DNA of 64,000 bases from Phoronis australis. Lineage: Eukaryota; Animalia; Phoronida. The stretch spans positions 8,804-72,803 of the forward strand of contig NMRA01000002.1 of assembly GCA_002633005.1 (NCBI GenBank), read 5' to 3'. The notes beneath the pieces are model-generated. The model saw only the letters and a program-made list of their open reading frames with translations. It was not told the origin of the DNA and searched no databases. The first letter of the stretch is position 1. Every line of letters starts with the position of its first letter. The position numbers were made by a program, and so were the translations under genes. Positions 11,001 through 25,966 of this stretch are shown one piece after another.

Positions 11001-14000
11001 CTGTCTGTTATTCAAATGTGTGAATTATTGAACTTGTTTTGTGTTTCATCAAGGGGAAGTAATGTGTACGTGGAATTTCATTTCACAATTTCGTAATGTC
11101 CGGGCAACTTATCGACCATGTTTTGTTGCCGTGCATGTGTATAGTTAAAAAAAATTTGGGGCTGTATCTTCCACTGGTGCAAATTTGCACTCCCGCTACC
11201 GAGAAATCCAGACAGTAAACGTAAATATAATCAGTGACATTGTGTGTGGATCTGGTGTGATTTCAAAAGCACTCTTTTCAGTCAGTGTCAGTATTGTACC
11301 ATGTAGTCATGGACATGAGGAAGGTGAATACTTGGGGAAAATGCCAGTTGCTCAACACGTCTTCTCTTTCAGTTTGGCTGGACGCACGTCACCCTTCTCA
11401 TTGTCATAGTTCAGTCACAGTTCATCGTCAGAAACATCTTCGAAGGCACAATATGGTGGGTGGACCAACTTATTAAATTCTTAAAATCGTAAATTCATTT
11501 GCCTTATCGGAACTCAGCGCTGAGTGTAAAAATCAGTCATTACCAGGCGATCACCGCACAAATAAAAAAGTTCATGTTCAATCAACGTTTCGTACATTCA
11601 TTAGACATCATCAGGATCATATTTACAAAGGACAGCAACATTAAAGAGTCATTGGCCATTCAGAACCAGCATGCCACTGATTATCTGAATAACATGCAGA
11701 GCTCTGTGACCCTGCAGCTATGGTGATGACCAGCTACTGACTATATTCGCTCTATCTCTCACTTCACTTCATGGATGTTACCTGAGCTGTATGTTGACAC
11801 TTGCTGTCCGCTGTAAATATCCTGATGATGCCTAATGAATAGACGAAACGCTGATTGAATATGAACTTTTTTATTTGTGCGGCGATTGTCTGGTTTTTAA
11901 TCTTATTGTGACCAAAAAACTGATTCTATTACCTCTTAGTTATCTCCAACTCTCCATTTGCCGTGATCTGCTTATAAAAGTGGTTATGATCACAGCCAAT
12001 TGGGAAGCTACTTAATGGAATATATCGCTTATCATAATTTACATCTAAGCTGAGAGTATGACATTAAGTGAGCTACACCACATCTAATCTGTTTTCTAAT
12101 TTTTTACTAGGTTCTTCATGTCCACCTCGCTGATCATCTGTAACGACATCTTTGCGTACATTTTTGGTTTCTTCTTCGGTAAAACTCCCCTCATCAAACT
12201 CTCACCAAAGAAGACCTGGGAAGGCTTCATAGGAGGAGCTTTCGCAACCATTGTTTTTGGATTTCTGGTAGGAGAGTCTGTTCATGGTTTATTGTTAATG
12301 TTAAGGGGACCAGAGGTGGCCCCCGTCACTGAAGGTGTGATTCCTGACAGTGATTTTGAGTCCCAGTTTGGGCTAGTATCGGATTTTTAGGCAAGTGGGA
12401 ATTTGTCATGAAATCACCATGACTTCCTTAGTCTGAATTTTCTAAATTATGATGAGGGTGTAAATTAGAGAGCAACTGTCGTACCCATGGGTTGCCTCAA
12501 CTTTAGAGAAGGCTTGTTATTGATGACTTTTAGTACTAATAAACCAACGTTCTCTTTGCAAATATATCTTATTCAAATTATGAAGTTGTAATCTTGTATT
12601 TTGATTTGCGAAATAATTCTGGCTAAGCCCAGTGCCAATTTGGACTATGAATCTTGATTTAGTGATAAAGTTCATTCCCCCTGTTATTTTTGTTAAGTTG
12701 CGTGTTTTCTTATTTCAGTCAATGTCTCTGCTAGTAAGATACGACTATTTTGTTTGTCCTGTTTCATTCGACGAAGTCGAGTGTATCCGACATCCTATAT
12801 TTCTCGAGACAGAGTACAGTTTGCCAAAAGCCATCGTCCTTATTTTCAAAGCTGTAAGTACATCATTACGTTATGATGTTCTAATCATTCATGGATTGTG
12901 CTGTGTACATGTCATAAACATTATTTTGCAGCTAAAACTCCCATTATTTGTATCAAGGTTATCGGATTTTTAGTAGCGGAAAATGACCTTTTTGGCAATT
13001 GGTTATATGTGAAATAAGTGGACAATTATCGTATTACTAAGTGTTACAAATGTTTTCACTAGTGTTCATTTATGATCAATTTCAGTTATTTCGCACAAAA
13101 ATAATTGCCACGGTTGTCAAATAGGATGTTAAAAGGATGACTACAGTACTACAATTAGTTAAACATTCACCAAATGGTGTTTCATGACAGTTGTGTAGTA
13201 CTATTTACTTCAGTAATTAAGTAAGATTTTCCAATATTCATTTTCGTTGAAAACATGTGGCAAATTTTTTGCACTATATTGTGTGAAAAACAAGTGAAAA
13301 AAATTACTGTGATCAATGTATTTAGCATCGTCAGTATTTGATGAAAGTAACTAACAAAATCCTGTTTTAAAGTGGACCTTGCAGGCTAATTCCTTATCTC
13401 TGTGGTTGCTTGGCAAAATTAGTTTGAAACAGATAGTGACGATGTGAATAAGAAGTAGGTTGAACTTAGCTCTTAAGAAAAAGTTTTGTGACGAAAATGA
13501 TCCGCTGCAAATCAGTATTAAGTAGCATGACGTGGTGCTGGGGAATAGCACTGCATGATACCAGTTACGTGAGCCTGCGAGGTACGTCATCAGTGCAAAG
13601 GTCACATATTTGCAGAACTTTTTGTCTTCACATTAATTACAAGTTGTCGTTGAATACAACTGCACTTTCTGTAGCGTAAATTATGGTAAAATAGCGTTGT
13701 TTAGTGTTTGCTTCAGTATAAGAGTTTATTTTCAGGTTGGCATTCAAAGAACAACGGTACATGTGGTGCCATTTGTTCTTCAGTCATTCTGGTTCTCATT
13801 GTTTGCCTCCATCCTTGGGCCTTTTGGTGGTTTCTTTGCCAGCGGCTTTAAGCGAGCGTTCAAAATCAAGGTCAGTAATGTGTTAAAAGAGCGATGCTAC
13901 CATAGTTCCCTCTCAGGACTGTTGCAATGAAATCTGTTTGTGGGGCTTTTTATCTTGCCTGCCACCCATATTTTTGTTTTGTTTCCCGAACTCAAAACCC

Positions 14001-16509
14001 ATTATTTTTATCTTTTTGGAATGCAAACACGTTTAATTGATCTTTAAATTAACTACTTTTAACCGAATTTGCATAAGTTCAGTTGGTCTTGCTATCTAAA
14101 ACCTAGGCTTCAATATGCACAAATTCTGTAACAGTCAAATACTATTGATATGTTATGAAATACAATTTGATGATGTATTCTAAATATTATTGGGTATGCT
14201 GCTTTAGGATAACAAATAATATAGAATTATCTATAATATTACTTTTCTCTTCATAAAGTATAGCGGCACTCACCTATTCATAAACTACTGCATACATCAG
14301 TGGTATAAAGATGATTAAGGATTCTAATTTTCTCTGAATGATCACAAACCAGGTCATCCTGTTGTGGTACAGCACAGTACAACGTTCTGTCAGAGCCATC
14401 GCTACTGCCCATCCCTGTTCCCCAGTCGCCAAACAAGAAGTTGGTCATAAAAGCAAAGATAGTTATGGTTTAAACTCTGCAACTCCCAACCAGTTGGGAG
14501 CATTAAAGAGCTGAAAGTTTAGAAATGCCTTTTCAACCCCCCCCCCCTCCCCCCATCACACCAATTTTGGCATTAGTCGCTTACATGGGTCAGGGATTTT
14601 AAGAACCCGTTTGATGCCTGTTATTCAGTAGAGAAAACTTGTTCTGAAAATGCTGTAAGTGACTATTACCCCAATTTTATTGGAACAATCCTCATGGAAA
14701 CTTGTGTACTCTGTATGAGATGTGTGCTGTAAAGAGCAAGAACTGTATGTAAACTCTCATTTGAATAATGTAGTCGGTACAAGAACAGTAGCTGGGTCAG
14801 TTGAAGCAGCACTCCTTTCACTTACTGTTTAAAGCCACATTAAGTGCCCTGTGGAACACTTTTTGGTTTTTCAATACGAGTTAGATTTCCTACCACAATA
14901 ACACCACGGACAGAGCGGAGTCTACAAGAAGAGTAACCACCAATAAAGTCTGTTTGAGTAAAATTTGTATGGGAGGAAGAAGGCACTCGTTTCCCCGACA
15001 CTCATATTTTTGTTGTATTTTTTCTACCTGTCACCCATAATTTGTTGATTTTTTTGAATTTTACCACCTGTAAATGTTTGGTGACTTTTAATTTCTTGCA
15101 AGTTTTACTGACTGGTTACGCCAATCAAAACTTGAGCCTCAATAACTGAAAATCAATATTCTTTGTATTAGAAAGAACTCTCTTTATTCCAATTTGGAGT
15201 TTTAGATTTCAGTTTTACATAAATGGCACTGTGTGGAAGTTCAAGTATGAAATAAAGAAATAAACCTAGAAGCCTGTCAAAACTGGGCGTGGAAATGACC
15301 TTGTCATCATGATAGAATCAGTTTCAACTTTTGGTTGGCATTGGGAGCAGTTACTTTTTGGAAGGGCTTGACAGGCCTCTAATTTTTTGAAGTATGCTAA
15401 CTGTTGAATGCTTTGGATAAATGTTTTTCATGTCACCTCCTGTCGTGATAAAAAAGAAAAAAAAAAATAAGACTGTTTTTAGGAACTAGTGGCCTAGCTT
15501 TGAGTTTGATTTTGGTCACCTAAACAATGTAGTTTAATAATGTTATATCAAATGTTTTACAGGACTTTGGCGACACCATCCCGGGCCACGGTGGATTGAT
15601 GGACAGGTTTGACTGTCAGCTGTTGATGGGCGTGTTCACGCATATTTATATCAACACATTTGTCAGGTGAGCATGTGACGGTCTGTGCTCAAATTAGAGG
15701 TTTTTGTTGTGATTTCATGTTGTTAATTCAACTCACCTTTGTGGAAAAGTTGCTACCAATCCCAAAAATCACAGTTTTGAAAACCATCTTACTTCCAAAC
15801 ATGAGGCTGACGTAAAACAGTCAACTTGTTGTTCTCCTCCCTTGAGAGATTAAAATCGGATGAAATCGAGGTGTCAGATGAACTCCGCCCAAAAATCCAT
15901 GTTTAATTCCTGCCTGTTGATTCTGCAATTTGGTTTTCATTGAGAAATGCAACAACAGACGCTTGTGTAGACTGTATCTTGTGCAAAAAAGACTGTCTGT
16001 CAGTGTTTTATGATATTGATTTGGCTAAACCAAATATTGCCGATATGGGAATTTCTCAGTTATGACAGTCCTATCTGTAACTATGCTGTTGGGCTATTGT
16101 CAAGGATATTGAACATAATTGAAAAAAAATCTGTAATTTTGATTGTGTATAAGCGTACCCCGTTGTTACATTATGTTTGACTTGTGATCTGGCTTTCAAC
16201 ATATTGGCTAGAGTTGGAGTTTGATGGTCAACTCACAGTGATCCCATTTATTCTGTAACCAAGTGCCGTAGCATGCAAAGGCAGCTGACGGAGTTAACAT
16301 TTGAAACATTGGGTAGAGTCTATGTGAAATTGTTTTTATATCACGTAATACTTGTGTGCTTCATGGTATATAACAAAAAATATGTCATCTTCAGGACAAA
16401 TCCTGTTCGTTTGATGAATGGTGTGCTAGCTCTCAGGCCTGAGGAACAGCTGGAGTTTTACAGGATGCTACAGGAGAAGTTGACCAGCTCTGGGTTATTG
16501 ACGGGTTGA
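8063..16509 (+). CDS. CDS2: Phosphatidate cytidylyltransferase (CDP-diacylglycerol synthase, CDS1/CDS2 ortholog), spliced, 5'-incomplete
   Basis: Exons 8063-8205, 8749-8845, 9597-9773, 10706-10825, 11373-11455, 12111-12267, 12719-12853, 13736-13870, 15563-15666 and 16395-16509 are all AG/GT bounded and phase-compatible (1266 nt, 421 aa + TGA). Peptides [61 protein letters not shown] and [28 protein letters not shown] match metazoan CDS1/2 and the family signature. The start-codon exon was not found and may lie upstream of the window. Confidence 0.96.
11560..11900 (+). mobile_element. Penelope-like retroelement 3' fragment (GIY-YIG C-terminus + pseudo-LTR)
   Basis: The ORF ends [28 protein letters not shown], resembling the Penelope GIY-YIG tail (ES-L-x-I...LN...S-x-x-L-x-L). 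A hammerhead core follows ~95 nt downstream. Confidence 0.6.
11815..11863 (+). ncRNA. Degenerate minimal type I hammerhead ribozyme
   Basis: CTGATGA (11822-11828), stem II GCCTA-atgaa-TAGAC (one mismatch), GAAAC (11845-11849). Stem III and the cleavage triplet are imperfect. Confidence 0.5.
13367..13704 (+). mobile_element. ~340-bp TTAA-initiated DNA-transposon fragment, copy 2
   Basis: TTAAAGTGGACCTTGCAGGCTAATTCCTTATC... is colinear with 6982-7336. Confidence 0.6.
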
Positions 16510-19365
16510 AGTAATTAGATGTTCTTGTACCACAGACAGAATGGGGTGCTGGGTACTCAGTTTTGTCAATACTATGTGAAACATGGAAGAGACAATGTTT
16601 AAAGAGACGCTGTATGAAAGCATATGACCTCGGATGTTTCTTTAAAGCCGCAGTTAACCATAATTATTCGACTGAAACAACTGTCTTCACGGGTAGATGT
16701 CATTTTACTCTCGTCCTTTTGTTGAATTGTAATTCGTTACAATAAAGTGTCTGAGTTTCTTAACAGCCATATTGCGTCAGTGGCTGAAACTAACCCACAT
16801 GACAAACATTTTTAATGAGCCTGGCCTAGAGCAATCACCAATTATCAGTTCCTCTAAAGCCCGGACACCATCCCTAATCTGAGTAAGGAACACCATATCA
16901 ATTTTAGAATGGTAGGAGACCAAAATCAAAAGTTGTTTTCTACAGAAGGCATGGCTTTACTACCCCTTTACACACAATACTGTTGTTGTAGGGTACATAG
17001 CAGTTTTTGTTGTCAAAAAAAATCAATAATGTATTCTGTTGTCTGTTTCATATAAATTTTGTGTTGTCCATTCTAGTACAGAAGACTGTTGATGGAGAAA
17101 GTCTGTTAGGCAGATGACCTTGACATTATGATCGCTTCAGATGCACTGGTAAAAGTTTATTTCAGGCAGACTCCTAGTCTTGCTATACCTTCTCCGTCAT
17201 CAGTTCACTAATTTTCAAAAATATACTGGACAGTGTTGAAATTCAACAAAGTTTCAGCATGCAAGAATGTGACTTAATGTCCACTATTATTCAATCTATT
17301 CTGGCTAAATCTCAACAAAATATCGATTGGTGTTGCTCTACGCGTGTTGTCGATATCACAACTTACTGTGCAAGTCCATACATAAAAGAAACAATTAGTA
17401 TTAGTGGCTAGGCGTAATTTCGCATTAAACTCGTACAAAAATTCGACAAAAACCCATTTTATTGCCACAAAAGTTTGACTTAACTGTCAGGGAATTCTGA
17501 TAAGCTTATCCTAGCTGTCGATGGCTGTCTGACTAGTTTATTTAGCTGTAATTTTCTCTCAGTTTGCAATGGTTTACATTTTGCTTCTCATTTGTGTTTG
17601 CCATGATCTAACAGGGTTTGTTTGGCCAGATAACAAGTCGCAAGATTGCTAAATGATTATATTTTATATGTTAAATGTTTTATTTTCATAACATGTCTTA
17701 TGTTCAGTATAAAATGCTTTAAATTTTTTGACAATTGTCAAAATGCAAAGCTCCAAAGTATTTGGTGATCATTTTGATGTTTGTTCAGTTCAGGTATTAG
17801 TTTTTTTAAATAAACAAAGACGGTTCAAAGATATTACATTTTGGGTACACATTTAATTTGTATAGATCTCTTCATATTACAAGGCGAAGGGCTTCAGTAA
17901 TCTTGCTCAGTCGTCAAGGTAACACATGTAACAGGTTGTTTTAGACATTTTTGTGTAATACTCGTATTATAGAAGTTAGGTACCTTGTACGAATTTTAAT
18001 AGGCTGTTGTATTGCAGATGTGTAAAGTTTGAACTTCATTATTGTAATATAGATTTGTTTAATTTATTTGATCCATTAATGAAGCAGATATTCGTACCAA
18101 CTAATCGTATTGTATTATGGAGAATGTTGTAGTGTTTAGGAAAGTTGAATGTTGATTATTGAATGGGAAAATTATTGATAAATGTAATTAATGCATCAGT
18201 GGACAGACATTTGCTTGGTATGTCAATCTTGATATTTCCATGACCAGAGTATTTGTGCATAATAAGGATGTTGACCTGTCTGTAGCCAGGTGTATTATGG
18301 AAACCAGTTTTTGGTGGGTTCGATAGTCGGGATGCTCTTTTAACTTCTGAAGCAGTACACAATCCCAGCCCATTCACAACACTGCCAGGGGTGTGACATG
18401 TTCAAGACAAGTAAGCAACTACCTTGGTGGTGTGGTAGAGCTCTGATAAAAAATTTCCTATTTGTTTTTCAAAGCTGAGCGGAGTTACAAGAGTGGCTCA
18501 TATTACCTACACTACCTGCCAAAAAAACAGACAAAATGACGTAATTCCTCGTCATGACGGCTGGGCAGAAGATGAATTGATCATTGGAATAGTCTACTAT
18601 CATGAACAAGAATGAAGCGAAGTTAGTGACTAAAGGTGGCCAAGCCATTCCATAATCAGAATTGTGGCACCATAGTTTTTGCTGTTAACTTAATTTGTCA
18701 TGTTGGGAAATCATATTTTGTCCGATAACATTCACCTTGTACCAGTGTGTAATTACGCGCTTAGCAGGTAATGCATGGTGATACCTGAAGAGGTACATTT
18801 TTATGACAGAATGGGCACCTGGCTACAGGTCTGGGCGATCCCGACTATGTTTAAAAAAAAAAATGGGCGGCGCACCGTAGGAGGCCGTTGTGAAGGATTC
18901 AACAAATCTGAACATTTTTACAATGCCTGGTGTAAGAAATTCACATGTTCTTTCAAGTTATTGTAGTTTGTATCCAGACATTTGTAATAAAGCAATGCAT
19001 CTCAGTCATTTGTTTTCCATCCCTCCACTAATAATTCCCAGAGTTCCCCTTTAATATAGCAAGACCAGCCTTTCTAATTGTTTGCGTTATCCGTGTTGCT
19101 TTCCTGAAGGATTCATTGCATTGCAAAAATGGTAGCGTACATAGGAACACCTAGAATCACAAGTCTGATGCTCACGAGTCTGACCATGGTTCAGCGCAAA
19201 GTTTTGCAGTTCTAATTCATGCACTCAGCCTTTCAAATTAGTTAAGCAAATCACCCCAACTCCTTACAAGATCTCAATGTGACTTACGCGAGTTCAACTG
19301 AAGAGATGTCTTCACACAGAAGTGTTCGATGTTGTACATCAAATAGCAATAGCTACAGTACATCT

Positions 19366-19371
19366 TTTATT
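19366..19371 (-). terminator. Probable PCNA polyadenylation signal (AATAAA)
   Basis: TTTATT on the + strand ~315 nt past the PCNA stop codon. Confidence 0.5.
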
Positions 19372-19685
19372 ATACGAAAAAATCCCAGTTACACATATGT
19401 ATTGTAATTATCTACATGTTACACTTATTCACTATACAAAAAAGTTCATCAACAGCAAGCCTGCCCCCATACAACTTCGTCGCACAAGCACCCTAGTTCT
19501 GGTCCACAATTTTGGCGCAGCTGTTAAGCCTAGCTCTCAATTCAAAACAATACAACTTGCACAACTCAAGCCTCATATACAGTCTGTTTTCGTCTCACCA
19601 TGGATATAACCTGCCAGCTGGATAAGACGTGGTTGGCTTTACTGTATATTGAATCATCACCACTAACACCAAGGTATTTCCTTCT

Positions 19686-23689
<4,004 letters not shown>

Positions 23690-23769
23690 CTTGTGCTGTG
23701 AATAATGTCAAAAATAAGGTAAAAATAATCCAAAGCAGAGCTGTAGCTCAAAGACTGACACAAAAAAAA

Positions 23770-24010
23770 TAACTAAGTTTTCGGCGGGTAGCCCTGATGC
23801 CTCCGATTCCTTCGCTGGTCCAACAAATTTTGCGGGAAATTCGCCTGAAATCCGCGCCAAATAAAATTGCGCCAAAGTCGAGACTGTGCGTGTGTTTTAT
23901 TGGTGGTTTGAGCGCGCCTCGACTTGTCCAAAGGTCAGAGGTGAAATTTTCAGGAAATAAACTGCGCAGAAGTCAAACACAACTTCCGTCAATAGTCTAG
24001 TTGCTGTTTG
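23770..24010. promoter_or_regulatory. PCNA promoter with three E2F sites; likely bidirectional with MICU1
   Basis: TTTSSCGC matches on the minus strand at 23832-23839 (GCGGGAAA), 23854-23861 and 23869-23876 (GCGCCAAA). CCAAT box (ATTGG) at 23899-23903. The sites lie ~140-210 bp upstream of the PCNA ATG in a CpG-enriched stretch. Confidence 0.8.
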
Positions 24011-24917
24011 AGGTTTGTCCGCATCCGAAATGTGAATAAATTTAATGTTATAGAGCCAAAATCAAGTGGGCACGTGCACTAAATTGCAGAACAAAAGGTA
24101 ATTAGAACTTCGTGGTATAGTTGGGAGACACCTTTTCAGTCCTTGGCGTCTCTGTCTTTGACTTGGTTTGACTGAGTCTGAGCGCAGGCGTCGTTCTGAT
24201 CGTCCCCACTAGTACTAGTAGTAGTAGTCAGTTCTGTAGAGTGTAGTGCAGCCGTAGGCAATGATCACTAAATAGTGTATTTGGGACGATCAGAAGCTAA
24301 GGACGTCTGTGAGTCAGAGCACCTTGTTAGAACCAGGATGAGCGTTTTTAGCATTGAAATGAGCAGGGTGTAGCACTTGAAATTTAGGAATAATAGAATA
24401 ATACTGTAACTGCGAACTGTAAGCATTGACTTTGTGATTTGTCAAGTTTGTGCAGCCAAATTTTTGCGAAATAGGAACATGGTGCACTTTATCGGCCTTT
24501 ATCCCTCTTCCCTTGGGGTCACATGAGCAGCACAGCCCCCTATGGTGCGCTTTCCATGTGTCATAGTGATAACTTGTCACTGCACAGCAGGAATTCATGC
24601 AAGCATAGACATAACATTATTTGTAAGACCTCATGCAGATCATGAGCTGGTTTTCCATATTGCAGGGCTGTGGACCAACTGTGAAATTGAAAAGATGCCG
24701 TTTTTTCCTCCTTTTCTGCTCAGTTTCTAAATTCGCATGTACTCTGTGCACCAGTTTTGTTTGTTTGACTATCTTCGGTGAAATCTCAGCAACTTTGCAC
24801 ATTATATGGCGGAGACAGTGAAATTTTTTTATACTAATTTTTTTGTAAAAAATGTGGTGCACCAAATAAGTTTTTAAAATAGTGAAACTAGTAAATAAAA
24901 TGACGAGCGTTGGTTCT

Positions 24918-25281
24918 AAAATATATTAACATATTCCACACGTTTCGAGCAATGCGCCCTTTGTATGATACAGACTGCCGAATAGATGGATTTAAAATAA
25001 AATCTCGCTGGTGACCGCATGGTGATACACAATAGGCAGCATGAACAATATCGGTCATTACAACTAACTGTGGGGTACGCATGACGCGAGGAACGTCTAA
25101 AGAGAAACGGGTACATACTACTGGAGTCTGTTCACTACAGACTTGTAGTGAGATAGAACCCCTATGTCCCTGTTTAGACCTCTGGCGTGAGTATTGAATC
25201 TGGCAATGAACTCGGCCTCGCACTTTCTCCATGAGTGGAGAGCACATCGCTCGAAACATGTGAAATATTTTAATATATTTT
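24918..25281. mobile_element. MITE with ~43-bp imperfect TIRs
   Basis: AAAATATATTAACATATTCCACACGTTTCGAGCAATGCGCCCT (24918-24960) is an imperfect inverted copy of 25239-25281. No clear TSD. Confidence 0.65.
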
Positions 25282-25289
25282 TCAGGTAT

Positions 25290-25700
25290 TTATTATCATT
25301 TATAAACAAGTACAAAAAACAGAAGAAAAAACAAATAAGTACATCCATTCATTCATGCATGCACACCTCAGGAGAGACCATTCTCGTATCTCGTATAAAG
25401 TAAACAACTTCTACATGGAGTTAATGTAAACAATGAAATTTTCCCATTTCACAGAGAAGCTGTCATGTACAAAGTTTTTATATGCAGTTAATTTTTCAGC
25501 ATCATAGTACTCATAAGTATATGTAACAAACCTGTGAAAATTAGGTATATTTTTGTGACATTTCTCCTTGTTAGTGTACTGTTTGGCTATTAGAAGCATA
25601 ATGTTAAATAGAAAATCATGCGTCTCATGAAGTCCAAGAATAACTCGTTCATAAGAGAGACTGTTGGGAAGCTGAATGCGACACTTTTGCATTAGCTTTC
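25290..25700 (-). mobile_element. 5'-truncated L1/Tx1-like LINE (ORF2 C-terminal tail + 3' UTR)
   Basis: ORF 25411-25692 (VILG...NIMLLIAKQY...C...PNF..F......Y.AEK..AYK....F..KW) resembles the C-terminus of L1/Tx1-clade ORF2 proteins. Confidence 0.55.
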
Positions 25701-25966
25701 CGAATTATTTTGATATATTTTAGTACAGACGCTCGTCGATTATTATATATTCTTATCCATCGATAACCCTCACGGCACTCCAGCATCTATTTGTTTTATT
25801 TACAAGTAAGTTAATTTTGTTTTTCAAAGCTTTATATCATAGCTACCTTCAGACAACATTTTGAGAAATAGTTTGCAATCACATAAATCTTCAAACAAAC
25901 CATTTTTGTCCAAATTTGCTAAGATTGTACAGTAAATTTTGTTTTCAGGTTGATATTGCCCTCACC

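Noticed and set aside
11715-11790. C/D-box snoRNA-like pattern (GTGATGA...CTGA with short terminal stem)
   Set aside because: It overlaps the Penelope relic, the internal box spacing is atypical and no rRNA guide was recognised.
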